Positions 1 to 13,717 of a DNA stretch of 64,000 nt are shown piece by piece. The stretch is from Octopus sinensis (lineage: Eukaryota), in the NCBI RefSeq assembly GCF_006345805.1, contig NC_042997.1, positions 159,340,001 to 159,404,000 on the forward strand, in the 5' to 3' direction. The position numbers and the translations under genes were made by a program. The notes beneath the pieces are model-generated. The model searched no databases and was not told where the DNA came from. It saw nothing but the letters and a program-made list of their open reading frames with translations. Each line of letters opens with the position of its first letter. Positions within the stretch are counted from its first letter, which is position 1.

Positions 1-61
1 TCCCTCTTCATATCAACTTTTATTTCCTCTCAACTCATTAAGATAAAAATTAATTTTACTT

Positions 62-565
<504 letters not shown>

Positions 566-1076
566 GCAAAAGAGCAAACTTATCGCATTAAAATAATTTA
601 AACAAATTTTAGATTTTTTGAAAGTGGTTAGTCTGCTTCTTTATTTTTCCTGTTTTCATTCTGAAAATGTATTCTCTGGCTATGAATTTCCATTGTATTT
701 ATATCTTCTATTTAGTATAGTAAGCTTCCCATAGTAACATTTAAGGAGGAGTTGATTGTTTTTATATGCTGCTGTCTTTTCAAAACAAATGAAAGAAATG
801 CTGGAGAGATTAATTTGAGGCTGGGATACAGACATTCATTCAGTTTAATAGTAGAGTATATGGATTAAAAAAAAAGGTGTTATATAAAAGGCTGGATAAT
901 AAGCATAAATGAAAACATGAGGAGGAGTGAAGTTGTTGAGAAGGAAAGCTAACATGAGAATGGTGAATATATTGAACATTTAACAAAAATATAGAAATTA
1001 GCTATAGAAATAACTGGCAAATATATTTATTTAAACTGTAACAAATTTTTGAAATGGGGAAAAGATATATGTTAAG

Positions 1077-1097
1077 AAAAAAGAAATTAAATATGTA

Positions 1098-1145
<48 letters not shown>

Positions 1146-1168
1146 AGTACATATTTAATTTCTTTTTT
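1077..1168. repeat. 26-bp perfect inverted repeat around a (TA)n core
   Basis: aaaaaagaaattaaatatgtacttat (1077-1102) is the reverse complement of 1143-1168. Confidence 0.9.
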
Positions 1169-1264
1169 TTTAGAATATATCTTTTTTTTAACATATATAT
1201 ATATATATATACATATTTATACACACATATATATACTACCAAAGCAGATATATATAAAAGGATC

Positions 1265-1500
1265 AAAGGTCCTTTCTGAGCTATAGGATCCTAAGATTGG
1301 TTTCCAAGATTCTGTCATGTATATATTCTCCACTGGATGGGACACTAGTCCATTGCAGCATCATACATTTTTGCCAGCTGAGTGGACTGGAGCAATGTGA
1401 AATGAAGTGTTTTGCGCAAGAGTGCAATGCATCATCCAGTCCAGGAATTGAAACCACAATTTTAAGATCATGAGTGCCCTAACCACTAGGCCTTGGGTGC
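1265..1500 (-). mobile_element. tRNA-derived SINE, family C (V/Meta-like central domain)
   Basis: Minus strand reads GGCCTAGTGGTTAGGGC...GGTTTCAATTCC (A/B boxes), then CTTGCGCAAAACACTT...TTGCTCCAGTCCACTCAGCTGG, shared with copies at 18157, 33865, 44180 and 58951. Confidence 0.75.
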
Positions 1501-1609
1501 CTGCATATGTGTGTATATATACACACACATTAATACATATGTACATATATATGCATACATGTACACAAATACAAACACATGCACACACATGTATATACAT
1601 GTGTATGTG

Positions 1610-2631
1610 TGTAACAACATCAAAAGAGGATTAACCGGGAAGATAGTTTTCATGTGCAGCAGATGCACATGGGCAATAAGCTCCACAGATGCTCAGGAAA
1701 CAGATTCCATCACATGCCAGGGGGAGAAACTAGTTGATAGCTTCTGCTACCTAGGTGACCAAGTCTGTAGTGGGGGTGGATGCTCAGAGAGTGTTACCAC
1801 TAAATAAGAATAACCTGGCAAAGTTCAGAAAGCTTCTACCCCTACTGGTGACAAAGGGTCTCTCACTCAGAGTGAAAGGTAGATTGTATGACGCATGTAT
1901 GCAAATTGCCATGCTTCACTGAAGTGAAACATGGGCCACGACTGCTGAAGACATGCATAAGCCTGAAAAAAATGAAGTTAGCATGATTCACTAGATGTGT
2001 AATGTCAGCATGCACACATGACAGAGTGTAAGCGCCCCAAGAGAAATGTTGGATATAAGAAGCAGCGGATATGGTGTACAAGATAGACGTCTGCATTGGT
2101 ATGCTCATGTACTACAGATGGATGAGGAGAGCTGTGTGAAGAAGTGCCATTCCCAAAGAGTTGAAGGAATCCAGAGTAGAGGGAGACCCAGGAAGACATG
2201 GAATGAGGTGGTGAAGCATGACCTTCGAATGTTGGGCCTCACAGAGGCAATAACAAAAGACGAGTCCTCTGGCGATATGCTGTGACTGAGAAGACCCGGC
2301 AAATAAAGTTAGTTCACAGCTGTAACCTACACCAGTGTCACATAACCAGCCCACTCAAAAGTACCTTGGATCGTAGGGCAACATGCTGTGCTTGAGGAGA
2401 CCTACTGAGTCAAATCAAAATCAAATAGAAATTGTAGTTGTGATCCCCATGCCAGTGGCACGTAAAAAGCACCCACAACACTCTCAGAGTAGTTAGCATT
2501 AGAAAGGGCATCCAGCTGTAGAAACACTGCCAGATCAGACTGGAACCTGGTGCAGCCTCCTGGCTTTCCTGACCCCAGTCGAACCGTCCAACCCATGCCA
2601 GTATGGAAAACAGACATTAAATGATGATGAT
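1610..2631 (+). mobile_element. 5'-truncated, decayed RTE-clade LINE (family of the 46.5 kb copy)
   Basis: Translates to ...VFMCSRC...KLVDSFCYLGD...RRLHWYAHV...RGRPRKTWNEVVKHDLR; ends in the shared 3' terminus and a (GAT)n tail; contains stops and frameshifts. Confidence 0.92.
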
Positions 2632-2648
2632 ATATATATAAATACACT

Positions 2649-2686
<38 letters not shown>

Positions 2687-3629
2687 AATACACACACAAA
2701 GATATCTCAAAAACTGAAAGTTGTTTCTCACAAGAAATCTCTCCCTACCTGTTTATTTCTCAAAATTTCAAGTTCAAAAACTAACTCATATAAATTCAAC
2801 GCCTGTCAATCTTTAATTCTTGAAGTAATATTTAAAACTATTCTGCAAACAATACTATTTATTTGTTAACTACTTTAAATACTAAACACCGCTTGTATAC
2901 TTTCTCAAAAGATAATATTTCCATGGTGAATAAGAAATAAAGCTAGAGGAAAACATCACTTTTTTGTTTGTATACCATAAATAAAAGGCTAGAGTAAAGA
3001 TTAGGTTTACAGTTGTCAAATAAGTAGGACTATACAATATTTTGAACAATAATAACTACTACTGCAACAGAAGTACTAACAGTTATTGTTGGTGATGCTT
3101 GAAATATTATAAGTTGTTTATTATCTGACAATGCATGACTAGTACAAAACTAGTACAAATAATTTTAAAAAACATTAAAATATTGTCTGTTTAAAGAAAG
3201 CTAAAATATAAATAATGTACAAACAACTTACATTTTTGAAATCACATTCGCTCATAAATATTTCCAAATGATTAAAATATTGTGTTAAAAAACCAATACA
3301 AAAATAGAAACATTTACTGTAAAAAAAACTCGTATAATTTTGTTGCCAAGTCACTGTCTAATTGAAAGATGAGAGTTTCTTCCCTGTCAGGATTAAGATT
3401 ATTTTCAGAATATATTCCCATTATGCATGGTTTTGGGTATTTATACCTGAAAACCTCCTATATCTCTCAAACCATTTGTCTGATTTATGCAAAACTTGTT
3501 TTATTCCATATGTATTAACATTTCAGGGTAAACTTAATTTATAGTATTTTCCCATTATGCACCAATTTGGCTGAGTAACATTGAAAGCAAGCAAGATTTG
3601 AACTAACTTTTAATGTATTATAGATATAT

Positions 3630-3930
3630 AGGCACAGCCATGGCTATCTGACTATGAAGCTAGCTTTGCAACCACATGGTATCAAGTTCAGTCTCACTAA
3701 GTGGCACCTTGGGTAAGTGACTTCTGTTGTAGCCATGGGCCAACTAATGCCTTGTGAGTGAATTAATGAATTTGGGAGACAGAAACTATGTAGAAACCCA
3801 TCTTGTGTGTGTGTGTGTGCGCGCGCACGTGAGTGCATGCATTCGCATGTGTGTGTATGTATGTTTGTCTTGTCCTGTCCTATACCACTTGACAACTGGT
3901 ATTGGTTTGTTTATGTCCCCCAAAACCTTG
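3630..3930 (+). mobile_element. Degenerate tRNA-derived SINE, family A
   Basis: Contains GGCACCTTGGGTAAGTGACTT core, central (TG)n and CTTGACAACTGGT...GTTTATGTCCCC body. Confidence 0.7.
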
Positions 3931-4169
3931 GTGGTTATATATATCTAATCACATATATATAATGACACATTATATATGTGTGACATATATATAATGACAA
4001 GAGGTGAGTGACCTTGACACTATTTGACGAAGACAAAACATGTCAAATAATTTCTCACTCTCAACTACCAGAGATCTTGTAATTTTTTCACAAATTTTAT
4101 TTTCACAGCAAGATTAATTATATCTTTATATAACACATATGATTTTTCAAATACACATTTCAATGTAGC

Positions 4170-4568
4170 TACAGTGAACAGGGCATGTTTCCAGGATAGA
4201 AACTCACTGCCTGCCTAAGACTATGTTATTTGACAAACTCTCATTGGCCATCATAGGAGAAAAGCATCAAAGAATAGTTACAAGGTTTCTCTGAAGAAAT
4301 CCTTTGATGCCTGACACACTGAGAATTACCAGTGGTCTATCATAGCCTCCAATTGCAAGGGCCAATGACACATCATTAACCAGTCTGTCTCCTCCTTTGA
4401 GAACTCAGGTAGGGTAAAAAGGGACTGAAGAAGAATTGTAAAACAGCAATGCCAAATCCAGACCAGAATTTCTTTTGCAGCCACAGTGGCCAGGCTTGTA
4501 TGCCTCCTTTTGGTAAGCCTAGTCAACAAAATCAGCTTCCTTTATGAATATTCATCTATGAAGCCAAC
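4170..4568 (+). mobile_element. Highly decayed 3' end of a second RTE/BovB-like LINE
   Basis: Conceptual fragments TGHVSR..LPKTMLF..SLKKS..VSSFE..FCS resemble the RTE C-terminal region; many disablements. Confidence 0.5.
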
Positions 4569-5362
4569 CTGTGGGGATATTTTCTAAGAGAGGCAAAACA
4601 TATGTTTATGAAACATATTGAATAGGATTTTCATTGGTGTGTGTGTGTACGTGCATGCATGTGCATTTGTGCGCATGTGTATTGTCAAATGCAGATGACA
4701 ATTAAATAACTTCTTAATGATTATCCACGAATATTTTGAAATAAACACTATCATTGCTTAGGGTGTCCTGGCTGATTGTTATTAAAAGAATGGAAATCTG
4801 GAATACATACCCAACAAGGTTAAATTCTAAATCAAATTGGAATTAACTTTCAGCTTATTCATTGAAATTAGATGAATGACCACCATGAAGTTAAGCAACA
4901 CTTTATATTTTTTGAGACCGATGCGTACAGGCCATCGCAGCAGAAGCTGGGGGTCAAGGCATGCACTGGCTTCACGCCCTTTGATTGAATATAAACGACT
5001 TTCAGTCAGGAGGAAAGGTAGTGCCCAATAAACCCTTAACGGGCCTCTAAACCTGATGGGAAGGAAGAAAGTTGGTATTTTCAAGCCAAAAGCCTGACCC
5101 ATATACTTGCAATAGAGAAGATTCCACTAAAGGCAACCAAAGGAATAACAGATTAAGCCTACTGCACAAGTAAGCCTGGAAGGATTAGAACTCTGAATGC
5201 AGAAAGCTAGGATAAATACTGTAAGATATCTTACAGTTCAGCCAATCCATTGCATAGAACAGAGAGAGACAGGACACACTCTGAAAAGTAATCTATCCAC
5301 CATTCTAACAACTCTGCCAATTTGTTTTGTGATTAACATCATCTGCATTATTTATTTATCAG

Positions 5363-5410
5363 TCAATGAGGCAGAAAGTACAACACATGAGGAAAATGAG
5401 AACTCAACAT
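5363..5410 (+). CDS. Candidate 48-nt host microexon (phase 1-1, xNEAESTTHEENENST)
   Basis: tttatttatcAG acceptor with ~70 nt AG-free zone, ctaac/ttaac branch-like motifs and upstream TGC; GTAAGT donor; length divisible by 3 and open. Confidence 0.4.
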
Positions 5411-6144
5411 GTAAGTAAGAACCCAAACTCTTCTAAAAAAAAAAAAAAAAACCTAACTGTGGTCACGTTACAAACAAAGAATACATGCACTTTTCAACCT
5501 TTTGAGGATGGTCACGCCCTTACTTTTGTTTCACTAAAGATTAAATATTTCATTAAAAGAAACATTTCTTTTTTACCATTTAAACATTATCCAGTCATAA
5601 AATAAAAGATGTTTGAGCTTACGTGTGTGTGTAAGCATTAGTGGACAGACAGAGAAAAAAAAAAGAAAGAAATCAGACACAAATATTTTGACTTAGAATA
5701 ATTTTTCAATTTATCCATAAATTGCAATGTTTTAAAATGTCATAATACACAAGTTGAACAGCATTATAAACAAAAATTTGACAAGGCTTTCCACTTTTGC
5801 AAATCTCTGAATAGCAGACATATACATTTTATTGGGTACATTCCCAATCCAAAGCAATAAAGAAAAGTAAGGAGTTATATTCCAAGAATCAGAAATTTCA
5901 GAATAAATCAGGTAAAAGATGTTCATTTTGCTACTAGGCTCTCCAGTAATAATAATCAATAGAAATATTCTGCCAAATCACGAAATACATCTCAAAAACA
6001 TTAATGGAATTTTACTATTAGGAGTATATTTCCAAACAAGTTGGCTCTGTTGTTAGTTATTCATCCCCTGAGGATTTCTTTCTCCACATGATGCAAATAT
6101 GTTGAATTGATATACAAACTCATCACAGAGTACATATGTATACA

Positions 6145-6320
6145 TGGCATGTAAAAAGCACCCACTACACTCTTGGAGTGGTTGGTGTTAGGAAGGGCAT
6201 CCGGCCATAGAAACCCTGCCAAATCAGAATGAAACTTGGCAGTCCCCTAACTTACCAGTTTTCAGTCAAACCATCGAACCCATGTCAGCATGGAAAGCGG
6301 ACATTAAACAATGATGATGA
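6145..6320 (+). mobile_element. RTE-family 3' terminal fragment
   Basis: GGCATGTAAAAAGCACCCACTACACTC...GGAAGGGCATCC...CATGGAAAGCGGACATTAAAC then (GAT)n. Confidence 0.85.
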
Positions 6321-8249
6321 CCAACATATACACAAATACACATACATGCATATATATGTGTGTGTATGAGTCGATATATATATATATATATATAAATAAT
6401 CTTTCAAAACATATAAAGAGATACATTCCAAAGCAAGAGTCTACAAAAGTGCTCAATAAACTAATGTTTAGAGCTTTATATTATGTCGACAAACTAAGTG
6501 AAATAAAACTTCTAAGACTGTGTTGATAGGCAGAGACATTACTGTCATTAACAAATTTATTTTGCAGTCACATGATTTCAAGTTCAGTTCCACTGAATGG
6601 CATTTTGGGCATGTGCCTTCTACAATAGTCCTGACATAACCAATACTTTGTGAATGAATTTGGTAAACAAAAACTGTGCTAAAGCCTTTCACAGAGTGAG
6701 AGAGAGTTCATACTACAAAGAGGGCTGCAGGGTTATTTACACATTGAGGATAAAAGTTTGCATATTTAATGCATGCATGTAAATTTTACAGCTTACACAT
6801 GTACACGGTCTATCAGGTAGTACTAGGAAGAGTCATAACCAATGACTTATGTAACAGAATAATCATCAGCTGTTACAAGAGCAAAGAAAATTTTCTGAAA
6901 AGAAGCAATTATAGGAACATAACACTAATGGAACAAGTCATTGAAAGGAACAAAAAGAATTATAGACCTGATTAGGAAGAGAATTAATTAAGGTGAATCA
7001 GTGCCAGGACAGGGGACCTTTTATATCCTCTTTCTTGTGAGACAATTACAGAAGTTCAGAGCACGCCATTATATCTTGTCAAATCTTGAGCCCTCAACTT
7101 CTAATAGTCAAAGGAGTACTAGCATCACATATAGCATGTCTTGGGACAGTTTTTAGACTGAATAGAGACTGCTTCTCACTAGGTCTGATCACAAGTAATT
7201 TCTTCCAGAAAAAGAAACAGACAGAAAGAATCAATCTCAGTGCAGTCCTAGTACTTTATCAATAGATCCTTCCCCACAAAAAAAACCCAAAAAAACATGA
7301 ACAGCTAAGTCAACTACAACAGTATTTGAACTCAGAGTACAAATAGTTGGAACAAATCTCACAAGGCAATTTATTCGATGACCTAATGACTCAATCAATT
7401 TACTATCTATCTTGAGCTCATAAACCAAATGCAAAACATCCTCCCAACATTTATTCCCTGTGTGAACCATTCATCTCTGCAACAACACTTCCACAAATTC
7501 CCATTGAAACTATAAATCAAAAAAGTAAATTTAAGAGAAACTGCCAGAGCAAAAATAACAACAATAACAATATCAAAGATGATAATAACACTAATAATAA
7601 CATAATATACAATGAAATTAAAAGATTGGTAAATAGGCAAGCACTAATTCATATTCTTTTGTTGATTTATGTGTAAGTGAATATTTTACTAACAAAACAA
7701 AATAAAGTTCATTATTTGAATGATTTCAAACTTAACAGATCGATCAAACAGTATTTAGACGTTTGGTACAAGAGTGTGAGGAAGATATTATTACATATAG
7801 TTAAAGCAAACTCAGATGCTAATTCCCTTGGTGATGATCAGTCTTCTGTGAGGAAACAAAGAGTTCTATCAAAGAGTAAAAATTTAGCAGTGTGTGCGAA
7901 CAAGAAACATCATAACCTGGAAGGAAGGAAGGAGGGGAAATTGATGGATGGCAGGATTGGTAGAATGGCAGACAAAATCCCTAATAACAGTCAGTTACAT
8001 CCTTTTCCTTTCTGAGTTCAATTCCTGCAAGAGTTGACTTGCTGTGTGGAATCTATAAATTATGTACCAGTCAAGCACTGGATTTACTGTGATTAATATA
8101 CCCCATCTCCCAAATTTCTGGCCTAGTGTCAATACAAAAAGTTATCATCATCATCATCACCCTTATTATTATTGTTATTATTATCATCATTATTATTTTT
8201 CATATTGCTATCATTATCATCATCATCATAATTATGATCATTATTATCA

Positions 8250-9172
8250 TCATCGTTTAACATCTGCTTTCCATGCTAGCATGGGTTGGATGGTTTGACT
8301 GAGGACTGGTGAGCCAGAGGCTGCACCAGGCTCAATCTGATCTGGCAAAGTTTCTACAGCTGGATGCCATTCCTAATGCCAACCCCTCCGAGAGTATAGT
8401 GGGTGCTTTTATGTGCCACCGGCATGAGGTTCCAGTCAGGTGGTTCTGGCAATGACCACTCTCAAAAGGTATTTTTACATGTTACCTGCACAGAAGCCAG
8501 TCCAGCACAACTGGCAATGACCATGCTCGAATGTTGTTTTTCACGTGCCACCAGCACATGTGCTGGCAAGGCAACGCAAGCAACGATCACGCTTGAATAG
8601 TGCTTTTCACGTGTCACCGGCATGGGAGCCAATCTGTGGCCCTTGGCAACGATCACGCTTGGATGTACTTTTAACGTTCAACTGGCACAAATGCCAATCA
8701 GGCAGTACTGTCATCGCCATGTCAGCGATTTTGATTTGTTTACATTTGCCTCAATAGGTCTTCGCAAGCAAAGTTCACTGTCCAATGAATGAGAGGTTCT
8801 CGTAAGTGTGCCAGTTACACCCCATGTTCGGATGTGCTTTTAACATTCCACAGGCATGAGTGCCAATTAGGTGGTACAGTCATTGGCCATGTCAGCAATT
8901 TTGATTTTGATTTCACTTGCCTCAATAGGTCTTCACAAGCAAAGTTTATTGTCCAATGAATGAGGGGCATCCATAAGTGGACTGGTTGCACCCACTGGCA
9001 TAGGCCATGGGCTATGGTCTCACTTGGCTTGTCAGGTCTTCTCAAGCACAGCATATCTCCCAAAAGGTTGTGTTTCACCACCTCATCCCAGGTTTTCCTG
9101 GGTCTACCTCTTCCACAGATTTCCTCAACAGCTACGGTGTGACACTTTTTCACACAGCTGTCCTCATTCATC
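8250..9172 (-). mobile_element. 5'-truncated RTE LINE: ORF C-terminus plus 3' UTR hairpin-unit array
   Basis: Minus-strand EDSCVKKCHTVAVE..GRGRPRKTWDEVVKH; five ~60-nt units; ~175-bp internal UTR duplication; tail merges into (CAT/TAT)n. Confidence 0.88.
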
Positions 9173-9519
9173 AACTAGTCCCCTCCGACCAAGATTTCAG
9201 GCCTTGTGCCTTTAGGAGAAAGGATTATTATTAGTTAAAGGAAATGGTAAAGTGGTAGCCTTCATATTTATTTACAAACCTTTATGTATTGAGTTCAAAT
9301 CCTTTTAAAGTCCACTTTCACTTTCATTATTCCAAAGAGTAGGGGATATCAATAAAATAAGTACCACCCCCAGGACTAGAGTCAGTTTCATTAACTATAT
9401 TGTTATTACTAAAATGTGGAAAGAAAGGGTGCAGTGATGGACATGTCTTGGGCATATTAAGCTTTACAGAGCCCAGCCTGCATCAAGTTTGGCCATAGCT
9501 GATTTGAGAGAGGGAGAGA

Positions 9520-9551
<32 letters not shown>

Positions 9552-10179
9552 AGCAGGAGGATTGAACTCAGTACTGGGTTTAAGGCCAAGTTGACCTAAG
9601 TAAAATCTGAACTCAAAGTATAGACCTGGAACAAATACATCAATGCATTCTAGCTAATATTCTCACAACTTCAACACAGACACGTACACACTCACAAACA
9701 TATACACATGAACATGTGCTAGGTTTTAAGAAGGTCAGTCTTGATAGCGGAAATGATATCTAGCTGTAGAAACCATGCTAACAAGGAAATGCATAAGCAA
9801 GGTGCAGCCCTCCAACGCAGATAGGTAGATAGTAATAACTCCAAATATGAAGTGACCAAGACCAGGATGAACCACCCAACGCATGCCAACATGGAAAGCA
9901 GGCGTAAAATGACGCCAATGATAAGGATGATGCATATGTTTGCATGCACACACACATGCTTGTGTAGATGTATGCATTTACATAAATACAGAGGTAGGTG
10001 AAGTCTTCTGACTTACCAGTACTTGTGGAACTGTCCAAACCATGCCAGCATGGGGAAACAGACATTAAATGATGAAGATGATGAAGATGATGATGATGAC
10101 GACGACGATGACGACGATGATGATGAAAACCACACACAATTGTGCAAATGCACAAAGACACACATACATGCACAAACAA

Positions 10180-10361
10180 GTGCAAGTGTGACTGTGTGGT
10201 AAGAAGTTTGCTTCCCAACCACATGGTTCCAGGTTCGCTTCCACTGTGTGGCACCTTGGGCAAGTGTCTTCTACTATAGCCTCAGGCCGACCAATGCCTT
10301 GTGAGTGGATTTGGTAGACGGAAACTGAAAGAAGCCCAATGTGTATATGTGTGTGTGTATG

Positions 10362-10395
<34 letters not shown>

Positions 10396-10625
10396 ATACA
10401 CACACATACATACATGTGACTGTGTCTACCACTGCTCGACATTAACCAGTGTTGATGTGTTTATGTCCCTGTAACTTAGCTGTTCAGCAAAAGAGACTGA
10501 CAGAATAAGAACCGGGCTTTTAAAAAAGAAAAGCAAATAATTACTGGGATTGATTAGTTTAACTAAAACTCCTCAAGGTAGCACCCCAGCATGCCCACAG
10601 TCTAATGACTGAAACAAGCGAAAAA
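10180..10625 (+). mobile_element. tRNA-derived SINE, family A (near full length)
   Basis: Head TGTGTGGTAAGAAG...GGTTC, core GGCACCTTGGGCAAGTGTCTT, central (TA)n, tail CAGTCTAATGACTGAAACAAG. Confidence 0.85.
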
Positions 10626-10959
10626 TAAAAGAAGATAAACATACATAGAGAAGAAAATGGAAATAAAAGAAGAGAATTATATATGTTTAGAAACAGTGGA
10701 TGTCTGTTTAACAAGGAAAGAAATAAAAGAAAAACACTTGTAATGTTGGCAATCATTAATAAACAATAGTAGAGGATTAAGAACAAACACGAGGAGTTAG
10801 AGCATACATAGATAAGCTTAAGCCAAATATACTCGGGTGTTCTGCACAGATTTGGATGGGATTAACTTCTTTTTAACTGTAATACTTTAGAATCTGTCCT
10901 GAAGTTGGTGTGGTGGATATCATCCTCAGTGTTTTCCAAAGAAATGGCAGTGATTGCGA

Positions 10960-11222
10960 CATGATGATGATGATGATGGTGAAGATGGTGGTGGTGGTGG
11001 TGGCGGCGGCGTTGGTGGTGGTGATGGTAGTGGCTGCAGCAGCAGTGGCATTCATCATGATGATGAGGAGGAACAGGAGAAGGAGGAGGATGGTGAGGAT
11101 GACAGTGATTTTAAGGAAGTAGATGATTGAGATAAGGTTGAGGAAGAGCTGGAGAGTGGTGGTGGTGGTGGCAGTGATGCTGGTGATAATGTTTAAGATA
11201 AAGATGGTGATGGTGATGATAT
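10960..11222. repeat. Degenerate (GAT/GGT/GAG)n trinucleotide low-complexity tract
   Basis: Visible triplet runs; ORFs here are poly-M/V/T artefacts. Confidence 0.85.
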
Positions 11223-11288
11223 TCACAATAGTTCCTAGCAGCAGAAATTATAAGACCGATAACAATGGATAATGTACAGATGAATAAA

Positions 11289-11331
<43 letters not shown>

Positions 11332-11615
11332 GAGAGTGTGTTTGTGTGCTTTGCCAGCTCAGGAGATTTGATGAATTGAAAATCAAATCATTTTAAGTGT
11401 TGATGAATAACAAGTATTAACAATACAAATTAAAATATGAACAATAAAGGCAGAAAATATGGTAAGGGGGACATAGACAGAGAGAAACATATATATATAT
11501 ATATATATAAGATTAGACAGAGAGATAGACAGATAGAAGAAATGCAGCAGATTTAACAGACAGCCTGAATGATAACAGGTTGGACAGATCAACAGAACTT
11601 ATGAACAATCAAATG

Positions 11616-11682
11616 CACATGTAGCCCTCCCACATGTAGCCCTCCCACATGTAGCCCTCTCACATGTGGCCCTCCCACATGT
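11616..11682. repeat. 15-bp minisatellite (cacatgtagccctcc) x ~4.4
   Basis: Tandem copies with 1-2 substitutions. Confidence 0.92.
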
Positions 11683-11955
11683 TCATTCCTCTTCACTTTT
11701 TTTTTTTGTCAGTTTAATAGTAATTCCATTGCTTCCAAAAGAATATGGATGGTTAAGTCGACTAAGACAGACTCCAAACCATACAATAGAAATTTGAAAT
11801 TAAGCTTGCCAGTTCTAGAACTTCTAGTATCCACATCAACTCAGTTGCTACTTTACTTGATTGGCTGATGAAAGAATGATTTGATAAACATGAAAATAAT
11901 CCTATGAAGGGAGAAGGAGAAGTAGCAGGAAGAGTAGAGCACCAAATTAAATACA

Positions 11956-12353
11956 TCTTTATATATAAAAGTGAAGTTGTGTGTCTGTCTCCTACAATTT
12001 AGATTCCTAACTACTCCCACCTTTTGCGGTGCAGTTTAACCAAAACTGGGTATCTTATAGTCGTGATTCATATCGAGCCCTTCTGGGTATTAGTGCGCGT
12101 CTACGATGAGTCTACGATTTTAAAAATAATTTGCCATCATTTTTTTCCATTTTAATGCATTTTTTCGCTATTATATAAGGGAAGTAACTCTCTAAAAATG
12201 TCTACGATGAGTCAATGATTTAAAAAAAAATTTACCATCATTCTTTTTCCATTTTTAATGCATTTTTTTGCTATTTTTTGGCTATAACTCTCTAAAAATG
12301 CTTATATAGTTATTTCCCTTACAAACCCGAGCAACGCCGGGCGATACTGCTAG
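11956..12353 (+). mobile_element. Non-autonomous Helitron
   Basis: Starts TC (tctttatatataaaa) after A; ends CTAG before T; subterminal hairpin cccg-agcaacgc-cggg at 12326-12341; ~100-bp internal tandem duplication at 12100-12300. Confidence 0.85.
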
Positions 12354-12417
12354 TTTTAAATATTTAATTGAGAAGCCCTGTGATCAATGTCATTCTACTT
12401 GTGACTATCCTATTTCT

Positions 12418-12653
12418 TTAACCCTTTAGTTTTTAAACCAGCCATATCCGGCTCAAATATTCTACATGTTTTATATTCAAACTGGCAATATCTAGCCTTT
12501 CACACCTACCCTACATTGACACTCTAAAAATAAATAGTGACATTACTGAAACCTCAAAGCTATAAGATAATACATGATTAATTCAATTTGATGATGATGA
12601 ATCTGAATGAAGAAGTATTACATTTAACAATAATTTAAACACTAAAGGGTTAA
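12418..12653. mobile_element. piggyBac-like MITE, family 1
   Basis: TTAA-ccctttagt ... actaaaggg-TTAA termini. Related copies at 12773-12967 (inverted), 50387-50580 (truncated) and 23720-23776 (fragment). Confidence 0.8.
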
Positions 12654-12772
12654 GGTGATGTATAACAATATTATCTAATGTAGTCCCAAAATCTACCTCT
12701 TGTTCCTGTTAAAAAATATATATCCCCCTTATTATATCTTTTTATTTATAGCACATATTTTGATCTGTATTG

Positions 12773-12967
12773 TTAATCTTTCAGCATTCAGATTGCTCTG
12801 TCAAATGTAATGCTTATTTATCTTGTAGCTTCAAGATTTCAATGATGCAATTGTATATCTTTAGAATGACATTACAGGTTAGGTGTGAAAAGCTGGATCT
12901 GGCTGGTTTGAACGTAAAACAGAAATATTTTGGCTGGATATGACCAATTTAAATGCTAAAGGGTTAA
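12773..12967. mobile_element. piggyBac-like MITE, family 1 (opposite orientation)
   Basis: Reverse-complement similarity to 12418-12653; ends gctaaagggTTAA. Confidence 0.72.
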
Positions 12968-13483
12968 TACTTATTATTCATCATGGCTTAAAATAATACG
13001 ATTTTCAATTCAGCAAATCTCCTGAGCTGACAAAGCACACACACACATACACACACATATGCACACTCACACAAGCGCCTGTTCTTGTCCTTGTGTTCAC
13101 CAAAATCATCACAATTTTACATCTATTGTTCAACAGTGGCATGAGTAAGGTGGGTTTTACATAGTCATACTATTTGCCATGGTCCTGAATCATCTACCAC
13201 AAATACACAAGTACCAGATTTAATCCACTGCCTAGCTTAACATCACCATTTGGTCCTTGGTAGTCTTTAGCAGAGATCACCCTGTTGTAAACAGTTAGGT
13301 CAGGTTTCTGGTTTATAGATACCTTCCTCTCTTCCACCAGTTTCAGGGGCCTTGAAAGGGTTATAGGCATTGCATGCACTTCCTCCCAATTAAGAGATAA
13401 CGAAGAGTTAACTTGACAAATTTGTTCTTGTTTTTTTTTTATTTTATTTTATTTTATTTTATTTTTAAAGTCGAGTACTTTTC

Positions 13484-13717
13484 CTTATTTCTTTACTGCC
13501 CACAAGGGGCTACACACAGAGGGGACAAACAAGGACAGACAAACGGATTAAGTCGATTATATCAACCCCAGTGCATAACTGGTACTTATTTAATCGACCC
13601 CGAAAGGATAAAAGGCAAAGTTGACCTCGGTGGAATTTGAACTCAGAACGTAGCAGCAGACGAAATACTGCTAAGCATTTCGCCCGGCATGCTAACATTT
13701 CTGCCAGCTCTGCCTTA
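13484..13717 (-). mobile_element. tRNA-derived SINE, family B (Nin/Deu-like central domain) with 17-bp TSD
   Basis: Minus strand has GCTGGCAGAAATGTTAGC..GAGTTCAAATTCC..GCCTTTTATCCTTTCGGGGTCGATTAAATAAGTACCAG; TSD aaagtcgagtacttttc at 13467-13483 and 13718-13734. Confidence 0.9.

Noticed and set aside
4015-4052. Hammerhead-like ttgacga...aaaacatgtc
   Set aside because: Core and stem II too degenerate to support.
7677-8015. 112-aa ORF or exon
   Set aside because: Ends in a decayed SINE; the best splice pair gives 47 nt with weak sites; no recognisable domain.
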